Positions 26,524-37,098 of a stretch of DNA of 64,000 bases are shown here, in pieces. The translations under genes and the position numbers were made by a program. The stretch spans positions 108,596 through 172,595 of the forward strand of contig CAZNOH010000002.1 in the NCBI GenBank assembly GCA_964574655.1, in the 5' to 3' direction. The stretch's first letter is position 1. Every line of letters starts with the position of its first letter. The DNA is from an uncultured Candidatus Saccharibacteria bacterium. Lineage in GTDB: Bacteria; Patescibacteriota; JABMPQ01; JAQVVF01. The notes below the pieces were generated by a model. It was given only the letters and a program-made list of their open reading frames with translations, was not told the origin of the DNA and ran no database searches.

Positions 26524-29500
26524 AACAAAAGCAAAAACAAGCCAAATAACAGCCATCATTGCTACCGTTGCCGCAGCAATTGGTATTGGCGCACTTATTT
26601 ATTTTGCTGTTAGTAATAACAACATCAAAGTCGCTACCGAAGCAACCTTGCCGTTATTCGAGCAAGAATATCAGCCAAATGTTGAGCCAGTTACTACGAC
26701 AACAACTGACAAAGCTGTAATTGCCGATACTCAAGCAAAATATCAAACAATTGCAAACTCAGTAATGCCAGTTGTTGAAAAGCAAGCACAAACTACAGGC
26801 AAGACTACTGCTCAAATTATCAACGAAACTCAAAAAGATATTCTTGTGCAACAAGTAGCAGAATTAAACATTGCTAAAACATCAACAATAATTCAAGATC
26901 AAGTCATTGCTTTAGCTGATAAGGGCGCTATTGACAGCTTCCAAGTGCAAGCTGCCGAAGAATTAGCCTTAAGTGCGACGTATGATAACCTGACTAACGC
27001 AACCACAAGCAAAGAGGTTGTGAATCCTTATGTTGAGTTTACAAGCGCTCAAGTAAAAGACATCCAAATTGTTGCTGAAAATGTTGCTAATGAAGTTACT
27101 CAACTCAACACTGCTTCATCTTCAGAAATTGCACAGAAAACAGATAGCAACGAAAATGATGTCAATTCCGTAATGACTGTTGAATTTAACACTCAATTAA
27201 ACAATGCAGTAGAAAGTAATAACGTGGTTAATGATTACGAAGTTAACTATGCGATTAATGCTGAAGCTACTGAAAATGCTAACGAATCAGGAACAGCTTT
27301 TTCTGTTTGCAACACAAACACTAATAATTGTGAAATGACTGGTTCCGTGTTTGCAACAAAAGAACAATGTGAAGAATTATATAAGCAACAAGGTTTAGAC
27401 ATCATTTGTTACAATAGCCCTAATGAATGTATGGCCAATACTGCTTGCGGACAGGCGCAAGAGGCAATCGAAACACAATACGAATTTTTTTATTGCAAGG
27501 ATGGAGCATGGACTAGCCAGAATTTTGTAAGTGATCCTGGTGTGATAAAGCCAATAGCAACTGCGCGTGAAAATTGTCAAAACAGTAATAATGTAGAAAT
27601 ATGTTATCTTGAAAATGAGAACAGTTTTCAAGCAGCTAAGGATGCTTGTCAGCCACAAGCAGTAGTCATTGAAGCTGTTGATGAACCAGCACCAGAACAA
27701 ACTAATCTCAGAGTAATTTGTCAAAATCAAGCTTGTGTTGAAACACAAATCCCTATAGATGCCGAGCCTTGTGCAAATGGCGATCCAATAGAAGAAGCCA
27801 AAGCTGGTTGTTATAGCGATATGGCAAGCTGTCAAGATTCTGATTGCGAGCCAAAACAAGATTATTATTACTGTGAAGAAAATGTTGGCTGTCAAATCAC
27901 TTCATCTACTGAAGAAGCTTGTGCTAGACAATATGGAACTTGTTATCCAACAAATGTTGCTGGCTCAGGTGAAAGCTGTAATACTAGCTGTAATAAACAA
28001 GAATTACAAACCTTTGCTACTGTCCAACAGCCCATGAGGCCATTCCAATTTTGCGATAAACAGCAAAAACAATGTGTAATTACCTCAGTATATTACATTA
28101 GTCCTGAGGCTTGCGCTCAAGCAATGGGAGTTGAAAAATGTTATGAAATAAATGATAATGTTTGCCAAGAAGAGCCTGATTGCAAAAAAGAAGATCCAAT
28201 TTTAGATCCAATTAAAGACGAATGCGACAAAAATCTTCCTAATAATCCTTACTGCCAAGAAGAAGTTGTTAGAATAGTTGAAGAACAAATTAATAATCAG
28301 CAACCTGAAGAGCCTGTTACAATTGAAGATCCAAAACTAGCGCTTGCTTCATCAATAATTTATCGCGGATTAGGCAGAGTTATAATCAAGTTTTGGGCTG
28401 ATCCAAATCAACCATTATATTATGATTACACAAGTAAAAAATTAGCTGATGATCATGAAAATAACAAACTTAGAGTTCGGTTCAGCAGTAAAAAAGAAAA
28501 TTTGACTGACATTTTAAAAGTCTACAAAGATCCGCGCAATCCAAACAAATATTATGCAATTGCTTACAAATTAAATATTGATTATCTTTGGCAAAATAAG
28601 GATGGAAATTACAAAAGCCAAAAACATTTTTATCAAGTCAATTCAGATGTTAAAAAATCAGACTTCTTTGATTTCAAATCTCTTCAAAGAGGTGGTGAAG
28701 TTCTATATGTCAAGAACAGATTATACAATGGCAAATATGATTTAAAGAAATATGGGACAATAGAATTAAACTTTAAAAACAAAGGTCAAGTCGCTGATGA
28801 TGTCAAAAAATTAAATAACAAATTAAAAAATTTCGAAAACGGCGGTGTTTACTTCTGGACTGAAAGCTCAAAAGCCTCGCCTTTTGGTTTAAGAACAGCA
28901 ATGGCCGGTGATCAAAGATATAAACAATTTTATAGCATTTTGAAAAGTCTTCAAAAGAAAAACGATATCAATAAAGCTGTCAAAGTTCTCTATAACTATC
29001 ATGATCGTTTGGTTCCAACAAATATCTACAGCCGATATGATCCAGGTTACAAATTTTGGGTAAAGGAAGTAAATAATGGCAACCTTTCATTTAGCAGTAT
29101 GGTTACTTATGTCATGCTAGGAACAGATGAGCCAAGAACAAATCTTCAGCAATTCTGGGGCACTGGCAAACAAGGTTTGAGAAAAGCTGACATTGAACTA
29201 AGCTTTGTTAAATCATTGAGCCGTGGTATTACCCAAATGTCTGATATTTCAAGATTCATGAATGCATCTAAATACGTTTCTACTGCTAGCATTAGAGCAG
29301 ACTTGAGAAATTCGGATGAATTTAGAAGGTTATTGAAGGATGTTTACAAAAGAGGAGGCGCTTCCGATGCTCTTTCATTGCTTTATATAAATATTTTAGG
29401 AAGACCTATTGATCCAGACGGACAGCCATATTTTGTCAACAAGTTTGACAAGCTAAGAAAAGATGGTCTTAGCGCTACTGACGCTTTTATGGAAATCGAC

Positions 29501-29575
29501 AAAGAAATAACTAACAGTACAGAATTCAAGAATGCGCTAATAAGACCAATAAAAACAGAATCAAATGCCAACTAA
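26501..29575 (+). CDS. Large surface protein: N-terminal TM, acidic helical region, Cys-rich repeats, basic C-terminal region with DUF4214-like end
   Basis: Recurrent C...C...C..CY...C..C units; LYINILGRPIDPDG...ITNSTEF. Confidence 0.7.
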   Translation: MPQTPQIETKAKTSQITAIIATVAAAIGIGALIYFAVSNNNIKVATEATLPLFEQEYQPNVEPVTTTTTDKAVIADTQAKYQTIANSVMPVVEKQAQTTGKTTAQIINETQKDILVQQVAELNIAKTSTIIQDQVIALADKGAIDSFQVQAAEELALSATYDNLTNATTSKEVVNPYVEFTSAQVKDIQIVAENVANEVTQLNTASSSEIAQKTDSNENDVNSVMTVEFNTQLNNAVESNNVVNDYEVNYAINAEATENANESGTAFSVCNTNTNNCEMTGSVFATKEQCEELYKQQGLDIICYNSPNECMANTACGQAQEAIETQYEFFYCKDGAWTSQNFVSDPGVIKPIATARENCQNSNNVEICYLENENSFQAAKDACQPQAVVIEAVDEPAPEQTNLRVICQNQACVETQIPIDAEPCANGDPIEEAKAGCYSDMASCQDSDCEPKQDYYYCEENVGCQITSSTEEACARQYGTCYPTNVAGSGESCNTSCNKQELQTFATVQQPMRPFQFCDKQQKQCVITSVYYISPEACAQAMGVEKCYEINDNVCQEEPDCKKEDPILDPIKDECDKNLPNNPYCQEEVVRIVEEQINNQQPEEPVTIEDPKLALASSIIYRGLGRVIIKFWADPNQPLYYDYTSKKLADDHENNKLRVRFSSKKENLTDILKVYKDPRNPNKYYAIAYKLNIDYLWQNKDGNYKSQKHFYQVNSDVKKSDFFDFKSLQRGGEVLYVKNRLYNGKYDLKKYGTIELNFKNKGQVADDVKKLNNKLKNFENGGVYFWTESSKASPFGLRTAMAGDQRYKQFYSILKSLQKKNDINKAVKVLYNYHDRLVPTNIYSRYDPGYKFWVKEVNNGNLSFSSMVTYVMLGTDEPRTNLQQFWGTGKQGLRKADIELSFVKSLSRGITQMSDISRFMNASKYVSTASIRADLRNSDEFRRLLKDVYKRGGASDALSLLYINILGRPIDPDGQPYFVNKFDKLRKDGLSATDAFMEIDKEITNSTEFKNALIRPIKTESNAN

Positions 29576-30146
29576 AGTTTCTACAAAAGTTAATGTTACT
29601 GTTTTGACTGGTACGATTTTAGCCGGCATTGCCATGTTTGCCCTCGCTGGATTCGGTTTCCTTAAAAATGAAATAGAGCCAACTATCAAGAATAATCTGC
29701 CAGGCTGGGCATGGAGTTTCCAAAATCCAGATAACTATGAATTTGATAAAGAAAAAATCAGAATTGAAAATTCAGTTGTTGAACTACAGCAAGGACAAGA
29801 ACAAGGAGAAATAAAAAATATCTATCCGTATTCTTATGGCTGTTATCCCAATCCTGCAGTTGGTTTCCTTGCTGATTTAGACGGCGAAGTTACTTTTCAA
29901 ATTAGCAAAGACAATTTGAATTGGTATTATTGGAATAAAAATTCTTGGAAAAATGTTGCTAACATTGATCAAGCAAATACAGCTTCAGACATTAGCAAGC
30001 ATATAGTTGATTTTTATCCGAGAACACAGAATCAGTTTTATTTTAAAGCTATCCTGAATAAAAAAGATAGTCGCTTGAGAGGAATAGAAATAACTTGCGA
30101 TGAATCAACACTGAACAAATTTGAACTCTATCCGAAAAGTCTCTAG
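29565..30146 (+). CDS. Hypothetical membrane-anchored protein
   Basis: N-terminal TM; overlaps the upstream stop; terminator near 30154-30185. Confidence 0.65.
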   Translation: MPTKVSTKVNVTVLTGTILAGIAMFALAGFGFLKNEIEPTIKNNLPGWAWSFQNPDNYEFDKEKIRIENSVVELQQGQEQGEIKNIYPYSYGCYPNPAVGFLADLDGEVTFQISKDNLNWYYWNKNSWKNVANIDQANTASDISKHIVDFYPRTQNQFYFKAILNKKDSRLRGIEITCDESTLNKFELYPKSL

Positions 30147-30208
30147 TTTACATAAAAGCCAGCAAATTAAAATGCTGGTTTTTTTAAATCATGAATGTTA
30201 TATTATCA

Positions 30209-30327
30209 TAATCACCAAGATACAAGATACAAACAAATTTTAAATTAAAATAATCAAACACGACGACGAGTTTGGTCATTGTAATTTAGATATTGAATAT
30301 TGTTTGTTTCTTGTATCTTGGTTATTA
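30209..30327. repeat. Long periodic palindrome, CAAGATA class
   Basis: TAATCACCAAGATACAAGATACAAACAA... versus ...TTGTTTGTTTCTTGTATCTTGGTTATTA; loop CGACGACGA. Confidence 0.85.
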
Positions 30328-30340
30328 AGTATTAATGTTT

Positions 30341-31453
30341 ATGTATTTATCTTCTCTACAACTTCAAAACTTTAGAAATTATAAAGATTTTGCTAGTAGT
30401 TTCATCAATGGCCTAATTATTTTGACTGGCCCAAATGCTTCCGGAAAAACCAACCTGCTAGAAGCAGTCCAGCTTTTATCTTTATCAAAGTCATTTCGTG
30501 TCAGAAGTGAATATGATTTAGTTTTGTTTGGTATGGATTTTGCAAAAATTTTAGGCACTGTTCAAAAAAATAGCCAGCAAATAAAATTAGATATTACAAT
30601 TGATTCTCTTACATCTAAAAATCAAAAAACAATAAAAATAGATGGTCTTAAAAGTCGCGCTTTTGATTTGATCGGTGAGTTAGTTACAGTTCTTTTTTCT
30701 CCAGAAGATCTCAATTTAATCAATTCTACACCATCACTTCGTCGGCGTTATCTAGATGTTGTTATCTGTCAAATTGATAAAGATTACTGCCGTAATTTAG
30801 CAGAATACAAGAAAGTATTAATAAACCGCAATCAACTTTTACTGAACATTAAAAATGGCTATTCTACTAAGCAAGAGCTCAGTTTTTGGAATGAAAAACT
30901 AATTGATTTAGGTTCAAAAATCATTGCAAAACGCCAGCAAGCTTTAAAATTTTTAAATTCCAGATTGTCGGAAATTTATAATGACATTTGTGCAACCAAA
31001 GATCAAAAACTTCGGATTATTTACAAACCAAACCTACCATTGATTCAAGATTCTGATATTAAAGCATTGTTCGAACAAGAGCTAAATAATAAATACGAAC
31101 GTGAAATTTATAAAACCTATACTTTAGTCGGTCCGCATCGCGATAATTTTGTTTTTGAACTTAATAAAAAAAGACTCGCTGTTTTTGGCTCGCGAGGAGA
31201 ATATCGAAGTTCAATCTTAGCTTTAAAATCAGCTGAGTTAGATTTTATTGAAAAAAGTTTAGGCGAACGCCCAATACTTTTGCTTGATGATGTTTTTTCC
31301 GAATTAGATGAAAAACGCCGAAATCATATGTTTGAATTAGTTAGACGCCAGCAAACATTCATTACCACAGCTGATTTTGTTGGACTTGAAGTTGGATTTG
31401 TCAGAGAAGCACAAGTGCTACAGATTAAGGAAGGTGAAATCACTAATAAATAA
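30341..31453 (+). CDS. recF: DNA replication/repair protein RecF
   Basis: LQNFRNY, GPNASGKTN, GPHRD, GSRGE, LLLDDVFSELD; ATG 30335 is also possible. Confidence 0.95.
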   Translation: MYLSSLQLQNFRNYKDFASSFINGLIILTGPNASGKTNLLEAVQLLSLSKSFRVRSEYDLVLFGMDFAKILGTVQKNSQQIKLDITIDSLTSKNQKTIKIDGLKSRAFDLIGELVTVLFSPEDLNLINSTPSLRRRYLDVVICQIDKDYCRNLAEYKKVLINRNQLLLNIKNGYSTKQELSFWNEKLIDLGSKIIAKRQQALKFLNSRLSEIYNDICATKDQKLRIIYKPNLPLIQDSDIKALFEQELNNKYEREIYKTYTLVGPHRDNFVFELNKKRLAVFGSRGEYRSSILALKSAELDFIEKSLGERPILLLDDVFSELDEKRRNHMFELVRRQQTFITTADFVGLEVGFVREAQVLQIKEGEITNK

Positions 31454-31589
31454 AAAACAAAAACACAAAAATGCAAAAAACAAACAAATCCCAAAATACA
31501 AAAAACAAAACACAAATCTTTTCTTTCGTTTTTGTAATTTGGGTTTTGTGATTTGTAATTTATTTGTTTTTTGTCTTTTTGTTTTTTTA
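31451..31589. repeat. Long periodic palindrome, CAAAAAA class
   Basis: C/A-rich arm with AAACAAAT break versus G/T-rich arm; begins at the recF stop. Confidence 0.8.
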
Positions 31590-31597
31590 GCAAAATT

Positions 31598-31897
31598 ATG
31601 TCAATCTTTTCTCTCAAAGATCTTCTGCCCTTATCAATTAATAGAGCAGGCATTGGAACTCAGCTTGAGGCATCTCAGGTTTGTTTAACTTGCGAAAAAT
31701 TAATTAAAGAATTAGATCAAAAAATTTTTCAAGAAATAAAACCAGTCAGTTTCAAAAACAAAACTTTAACAATCCAAGTTCCGTCATCTTCCCACGCCCA
31801 AGAATTATTAATGCATCAACATATCATCAAACAAAAAATCAACCAGCATTTTAAGAAACAGCTGGTTGATCGTATAAGTTATAAAATTAATTTCTAA
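31598..31897 (+). CDS. dciA: DciA/DUF721 family protein
   Basis: Follows recF; PVSFKNKTLTIQVPSSSHAQEL...IKQKIN pattern. Confidence 0.75.
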   Translation: MSIFSLKDLLPLSINRAGIGTQLEASQVCLTCEKLIKELDQKIFQEIKPVSFKNKTLTIQVPSSSHAQELLMHQHIIKQKINQHFKKQLVDRISYKINF

Positions 31898-32018
31898 TTT
31901 TCAATTTCTAATTTCTATTAAATTTTTAATGCTTAAAGTCCTAAACCATACGACGAATAGGTTTAAAAATTGATTCATTAGTAATTTAATAGAAATTTAA
32001 AATTAAAAATTAGAAATT
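31889..32018. repeat. Long periodic palindrome, CTAATTT class, between convergent genes
   Basis: Arms AATTTCTAATTTTCAATTTCTAATTTCTATTAAAT and ATTTAATAGAAATTTAAAATTAAAAATTAGAAATT; loop CGACGA. Confidence 0.85.
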
Positions 32019-32020
32019 CA

Positions 32021-32356
32021 TTAGATCTTTACCATTTTCTCAATATTAACAATAAAAATAGTTGCTCCTCCAATTCTGATCTTTGTTGCTTCATCAACAT
32101 TCATTCCGCTTTCCATGCCATGAGTCATGTAGGCTGGAGCAGAGATTACTTTTTCTTTTGTTTCGCAGTTTTTCTTGATGATCTCTAAAACTTTATCAAT
32201 CTTTCCGTCCTCAACGCCAACTAAAAAAGTGGTGTTTTTTTTCTCTAAAAATCCGCCTTCTGAAGTCAATTTAGTCAAACTAAAATTTCCAGCAACTAAT
32301 TCTGACTTCAATTTTTTCGTATTTTCTTTAGGAGTGATTATTACTAATAGTTTCAT
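32021..32356 (-). CDS. darA: PII-like cyclic-di-AMP receptor (DarA/PstA family)
   Basis: TKLTSEGGFL...NTTFLVGV...GGATIFI. Confidence 0.85.
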   Translation of the reverse strand: MKLLVIITPKENTKKLKSELVAGNFSLTKLTSEGGFLEKKNTTFLVGVEDGKIDKVLEIIKKNCETKEKVISAPAYMTHGMESGMNVDEATKIRIGGATIFIVNIEKMVKI

Positions 32357-32402
32357 ATTTTTTATTATATCACAAAATAATTGGAAGACAAAGTCTTTTG
32401 CT

Positions 32403-32431
32403 TTGACAAAAGCTTAGAAATATAATAAAAT
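32403..32431 (+). promoter_or_regulatory. sigma70 promoter of the infB operon
   Basis: TTGACA-N17-TAAAAT. Confidence 0.7.
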
Positions 32432-32434
32432 AAT

Positions 32435-32537
32435 TATAATACGAATAAAGTACGAATAATGCAAATGTTGCGAATTACGAATCGTCGTATTTGCAATTCG
32501 TATCATTTGCATTATTTGTATCTGCATTCGTATTATA
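32435..32537. repeat. Long periodic palindrome, TACGAAT class, in the infB leader
   Basis: Loop CGTCGT; near-identical to 57892-58002. Confidence 0.9.
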
Positions 32538-32556
32538 TTTTACCATTAACTACAGT

Positions 32557-34515
32557 ATGAACATATCAACTCTGGCAAAAAAATTAGGTTACCATAGCCA
32601 AGAAATGCGTAAAATGATTGAGGCTATGGGTTATCGAATCCGACCAACAGCGTCGAAGATTTCTGATAAGAAAGCCAAAGAAATTACTAAAAAGATTGAA
32701 AAACTTGAAAAAGAAAAACAAGAAGAAAACGCAGAAGAAAAAAAGAAAACAGAAAAAGAAAAAGAGCCCAAAAAACTTTTTGTTTCGCAGACTATTACGG
32801 TAAAAGATTTTTCCCAAGTTTTAGATTTAGAAGTAACAGAAGTTATTAGGCAATTGATTCAAGAGGGAATAATGGCAACGATCAACGAAGAGATCGATTT
32901 TGAAACAGCCTCAATTATCGCCGAAGAACTAGGTTACAAAATAGAATTAAAAAAAGAAGAAAAAGATTTAGTCAAAGAAAAAGGTGTCAGAAAAAAGATC
33001 TTGGAAGATTTGTTATTAGAAGAAGAAAAAAATCTAAAACCACGTCCTCCAATTGTTGTTGTAATGGGTCATGTCGATCATGGTAAGACAAAATTACTTG
33101 ATACTATCAGGGAAACAAATATTATTGCTACTGAAGCAGGAGGAATTACTCAAAAAATTGGTGCTTATCAAGCAAAATGCAACGGCAAAATTATTACTTT
33201 TTTAGATACTCCAGGACACGAAGCTTTCAAAGCAATGCGCGAACGTGGCGCCAAAGTTACTGATTTAGCGATCCTCGTTGTTGCGGCTGACGATGGAGTT
33301 ATGCCTCAAACTGAAGAAGCAATCGCTCATGCTAAAAATGCCGGTGTGCCGATTATTGTCGCAATTAACAAAATAGATAAAGAGGGTGCAGATCCAGAAA
33401 AAGTAAAAAGACAACTAGCTGATTTAGGTTTACAGCCAGAAGATTGGGGTGGAGATACCATCATGGTAGAAATATCAGCCAAAATGAATACAAATATTGA
33501 TAAGCTTTTAGAAATGGTTTTATTGCAAGCAGAAATTCTAGAATTAAAATCCAATCAAGAATCTAAAGCCATTGGCACAATTATTGAATCAAACAAGGAT
33601 CCAAAGAGAGGTCCGGTAGCAACTGTTCTAATCCAAAATGGTACTTTGAATTTAGGTGATTATGTTACTTGCGGAAGTTACTACGGCAAGATAAAAGCCA
33701 TGGAAAATTTCTTAGGCAAAAGGATAAATCATGCCAAGCCAGCAACTCCTGTTCAAATTTTAGGTTTAACATCTGTCCCAGATTCAGGCGATATTTTGCA
33801 AGAAGAAAAATCTAAAGAATCAGCTAAAGAAAAAGTTGCAAAAATTGCAAAAGCGGAAATTAAAATTAAAAGAAATTTAACGCAAGAAGAAGAAAAGAAA
33901 ATTAAAAAACTTAATATTATTTTAATTGCTGATTTTTACGGATCTCTTGAAGCAATTATAGACGAGCTCAACAAGATTGAATCAAAACAAGTCATGCCTC
34001 ATATAATTGATTATTCTGCGGGCAAAATTACCGAATCAAATGTTATGAATGCTCAATCCTCAAATGCAATCATCTTTGGTTTCAATTCTAAGCCGACTAC
34101 AGTTGCATCTCGTTTTGCCGAAGACAAACATGTCAAGATTTTTTCTTTTGATATTATTTATGAATTAGTTGATGAAATCAAAAAACAATTAAGCTCTTTA
34201 ATAGAGCCAGAGATCATCAAAACTAAATTAGGCAAACTAAATGTTTTAGCAATCTTCCGTTCAGAAAAGAAAAGAAAAATTATTGGCGGTAGAGTATTGT
34301 CAGGTTATTTGCCAAAAGATGTAAAAGTCAAAATTTTTAGAGATGAAGAAGAAATCGGTTCAGGCAAGATTTCTAGCGTTCAAAAGCAAATGGCTGATGT
34401 TCAAAAAGCAGAAGCTGGATCAGAATGTGGAATGTCAATAGAAACAACAACAAAGATTAAAGAAGGAGATGTTGTAGAAGCTTGGAAGGAGGAAATAAAG
34501 AAGATAACACTTTAA
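32557..34515 (+). CDS. infB: Translation initiation factor IF-2
   Basis: [25 protein letters not shown]. Start ATG 32557; the track start lies in the repeat. Confidence 0.97.
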   Translation: MNISTLAKKLGYHSQEMRKMIEAMGYRIRPTASKISDKKAKEITKKIEKLEKEKQEENAEEKKKTEKEKEPKKLFVSQTITVKDFSQVLDLEVTEVIRQLIQEGIMATINEEIDFETASIIAEELGYKIELKKEEKDLVKEKGVRKKILEDLLLEEEKNLKPRPPIVVVMGHVDHGKTKLLDTIRETNIIATEAGGITQKIGAYQAKCNGKIITFLDTPGHEAFKAMRERGAKVTDLAILVVAADDGVMPQTEEAIAHAKNAGVPIIVAINKIDKEGADPEKVKRQLADLGLQPEDWGGDTIMVEISAKMNTNIDKLLEMVLLQAEILELKSNQESKAIGTIIESNKDPKRGPVATVLIQNGTLNLGDYVTCGSYYGKIKAMENFLGKRINHAKPATPVQILGLTSVPDSGDILQEEKSKESAKEKVAKIAKAEIKIKRNLTQEEEKKIKKLNIILIADFYGSLEAIIDELNKIESKQVMPHIIDYSAGKITESNVMNAQSSNAIIFGFNSKPTTVASRFAEDKHVKIFSFDIIYELVDEIKKQLSSLIEPEIIKTKLGKLNVLAIFRSEKKRKIIGGRVLSGYLPKDVKVKIFRDEEEIGSGKISSVQKQMADVQKAEAGSECGMSIETTTKIKEGDVVEAWKEEIKKITL

Positions 34516-34524
34516 ATTAGAAAC

Positions 34525-34619
34525 GATGCCAATCTACAAATTTTATGCCAATCTGCGAATTGCGAATCGTCTAAGCATTAGCAATCTGTAGATTGGCATA
34601 AAATTAGCATATTAGCATC
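34525..34619. repeat. Long periodic palindrome, TGCCAAT/TGCGAAT class
   Basis: Arms 34525-34567 and 34577-34619; loop CGTCTAAGC. Confidence 0.85.
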
Positions 34620-34631
34620 ATTTTATTTATT

Positions 34632-34964
34632 ATGTCCCATAGACTTGAAAAATTAAACAGCCTAATTCAGCAAGAATTAGGTTTCATTATTAAAGAAGAA
34701 GTAGAATTGCCAATTGACTCATTGATCACAGTTTCCAAAGTTGATACTTCTGTTGACATCAAGCACACAAACGTGTATATTTCTGTGATCCCAAAAAACA
34801 AAGCAGTCAGCGTAATCAAAAAGCTCAATCACAATGTTTATCACCTCCAGCAAGCTTTAAACAAAAAATTAGTAATCCACTTCGTTCCAAAAATCAGATT
34901 TGTCTTAGACCATTCCGAAGAGCATGCCGCTCGCATCGAGGAAATCCTAAGCACAAAATCCTAA
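34632..34964 (+). CDS. rbfA: Ribosome-binding factor A
   Basis: Follows infB; RLEKLNSLIQQEL...VPKIRFVLD. Confidence 0.92.
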   Translation: MSHRLEKLNSLIQQELGFIIKEEVELPIDSLITVSKVDTSVDIKHTNVYISVIPKNKAVSVIKKLNHNVYHLQQALNKKLVIHFVPKIRFVLDHSEEHAARIEEILSTKS

Positions 34965-35083
34965 ATTCTAAATAAATTTAAAATCAAAAATATAAATGTT
35001 CAAAATCAGACGAAGAAATTTTGAACATTTGGAAATTTGGTTTTTGGATTTATTTAGAGTTTAGAATTTAGGATTTAGAATTT
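34942..35083. repeat. Long periodic palindrome, CTAAATN class; encodes the rbfA C-terminus and stop
   Basis: AAATCCTAAGCACAAAATCCTAA encodes ILSTKS*; loop CAGACGAAGA. Confidence 0.9.
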
Positions 35084-35090
35084 TGTAATC

Positions 35091-36071
35091 ATGTTCAATT
35101 TTAATGACATTCAAATAAATCGCGCGCTTTATCTCATAAAGAAATCTCAAAATATTTTGATTATTTGTCATCGCAAGCCAGATGCTGACACTATTGGATC
35201 AGCATTGGCTTTAGGTAATATTTTGGAAAAACAAAATAAGAAAATTGAATATGCCTGCCAGGATCAAATTCCAGCCAAGTTTTTTTTCTTAAAAAATGCA
35301 AACAAAATAAAAAAAATTGATGAGATCTTAAAGGATTTTATTAATTATCAATTGCTGATTACTTTAGATTGCGGAAGCTTTGAACAAACAGGACTTCATA
35401 ATTTTTTCAGCATCAACGAATTTAAAACGCCAATTATAAATATTGATCATCATCATGACAATCCACATTTTGGCAGATTAAATATTATTAAAGCTAATGC
35501 TTCTTCAACTTCTGAAATTGTTCATAATTTTCTAGTAAAAATGAATGTTGATTTGGACAAGAATATTTCAACCAGTTTATTGAGTGGAATTTTTGCAGAC
35601 ACCGATAGTTTTAAAAATCCCAATACTTCTCATCACACTTTGAAAACTACATCCAGTCTTTTAGCTTCAGGCGCCAATCTAAAAGAAATTACAAAAAACA
35701 CTTTGCAAGATAAATCTTTGTCAACACTCAGACTTTGGGGTAAAATATTATCAGAAATAAAAAAGAATAAAACTTTCGGTATTGTTTACGCAGTCATTAT
35801 CAAAAAAGATTTGCAAGAATGTAATGCCAAGTCAGAAGATCTCGAAGGCATAGCAAATTTTTTGAATTCTATTCCTGATGTCAAAGCCTCATTAGTTTTA
35901 TCAGAAAATGAAAAAGGCGAAATCAAAGGTTCTCTTAGAACCTTGCATGATTATATTGATGTTTCCAAATTAGCGCGCAGTTTAGGAGGAGGAGGACACA
36001 AGAAGGCAGCAGGTTTTACAATTCCTGGCAGATTAATTAAGCAGGATAATGAGGTTAAGATAATAATTTAA
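35091..36071 (+). CDS. nrnA: DHH/DHHA1 phosphoesterase (NrnA / pApA phosphodiesterase type)
   Basis: HRKPDAD, LDCG, IDHH, SLR, GGGHKKAAG. Confidence 0.88.
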   Translation: MFNFNDIQINRALYLIKKSQNILIICHRKPDADTIGSALALGNILEKQNKKIEYACQDQIPAKFFFLKNANKIKKIDEILKDFINYQLLITLDCGSFEQTGLHNFFSINEFKTPIINIDHHHDNPHFGRLNIIKANASSTSEIVHNFLVKMNVDLDKNISTSLLSGIFADTDSFKNPNTSHHTLKTTSSLLASGANLKEITKNTLQDKSLSTLRLWGKILSEIKKNKTFGIVYAVIIKKDLQECNAKSEDLEGIANFLNSIPDVKASLVLSENEKGEIKGSLRTLHDYIDVSKLARSLGGGGHKKAAGFTIPGRLIKQDNEVKIII

Positions 36072-36197
36072 AATCCTAAATCCTAAACTCTAAATTCTAA
36101 ATAAATTCAAATTACAAAATTAAAAATTCAAACAACGACGATTTTGTATTTTGGATTTTAAATTTATTTAGAATTTAGTATTTAGAGTTTAGAATTT
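36071..36197. repeat. Long periodic palindrome, CTAAATN class
   Basis: Four 7-mers, AAATAAAT, further 7-mers; loop CGACGA. Confidence 0.9.
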
Positions 36198-36202
36198 AAT
36201 TT

Positions 36203-36964
36203 ATGTTTAGTAGTATCTCCGCCTATTTCTCAACATTTACTTTAATAAATTACATCACAACAATTTTAGACATTGGAATTGTTGCTGTTTTAATTTACTT
36301 TGTTTTTGCTTTTGTCAAAGGTACAAAAGCAACCAGAATTATTTATGGCATAATTATCTTAAGCATAGTTGTTGTCATTGGCAGATTATTAAGTCTGCAA
36401 ACTTTGAATTGGGTGTTGTCGCATTTAACATTATTAATTATTGTTGCAATACCAGTTGTCTTCCAGCCAGAACTAAGGCGTGCTTTGGAGAGACTAGGCC
36501 GTGCAAAATTCATTGGAAGCAACAAAAAAATGTCATTGAATGTTAAGGACATAATTCAGGCAATCGATATTTTAAAGAAAAATAAAATCGGTGCCTTAAT
36601 AGTTTTACAACGCAAGACCGGATTATTGGAATATATAGAATCTGGCACAGAGCTTAATGCCAATTTATCAACGGCATTATTATTAAATATATTTTTCCCA
36701 AATTCTCCGTTGCATGATGGTGCAGTAATTATATCTTCCAACAAAATTTTAGCAGCAGGTTGCATGTTGCCTCTTACAGAAGGCGAATATTCTTTAACTT
36801 ATGGCACTCGCCACAAAGCAGCTATCGGCGTTACCGAAAATACTGATGCTGTTGCTCTAGTTGTCTCTGAAGAAAGAGGAGAAGTATCTATTGCTGTTGA
36901 TGGCCAACTTGAAGAAAAAATAGGTGTTGATAAATTAGCGAACAAATTAGAACAATTAGTCTAA
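36203..36964 (+). CDS. cdaA: Diadenylate cyclase CdaA/DacA
   Basis: 3 TMs, FQPELRRALE, PLHDGA, GTRHKAA, VSEERG. Confidence 0.93.
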   Translation: MFSSISAYFSTFTLINYITTILDIGIVAVLIYFVFAFVKGTKATRIIYGIIILSIVVVIGRLLSLQTLNWVLSHLTLLIIVAIPVVFQPELRRALERLGRAKFIGSNKKMSLNVKDIIQAIDILKKNKIGALIVLQRKTGLLEYIESGTELNANLSTALLLNIFFPNSPLHDGAVIISSNKILAAGCMLPLTEGEYSLTYGTRHKAAIGVTENTDAVALVVSEERGEVSIAVDGQLEEKIGVDKLANKLEQLV

Positions 36965-37090
36965 AATTTCTAATTTCTAATTTCTATTAAATTTTCATTG
37001 CTTCAATTTCTAAACTCGTCGACGGCGAACAGGTTTGAAAATTTATGCATTATAAATTTAATAAAAATTAGAAATTAGAAATTGAAAATT
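36964..37090. repeat. Long periodic palindrome, CTAATTT class
   Basis: Loop TCGTCGACGGCGA; arms resemble 31889-32018. Confidence 0.9.
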
Positions 37091-37098
37091 AAGTAACC

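Noticed and set aside
31324-31688. ORFs 31324-31653 (-) and 31377-31688 (+)
   Set aside because: Low-complexity translations of the 31451-31589 palindrome that overlap recF and dciA.
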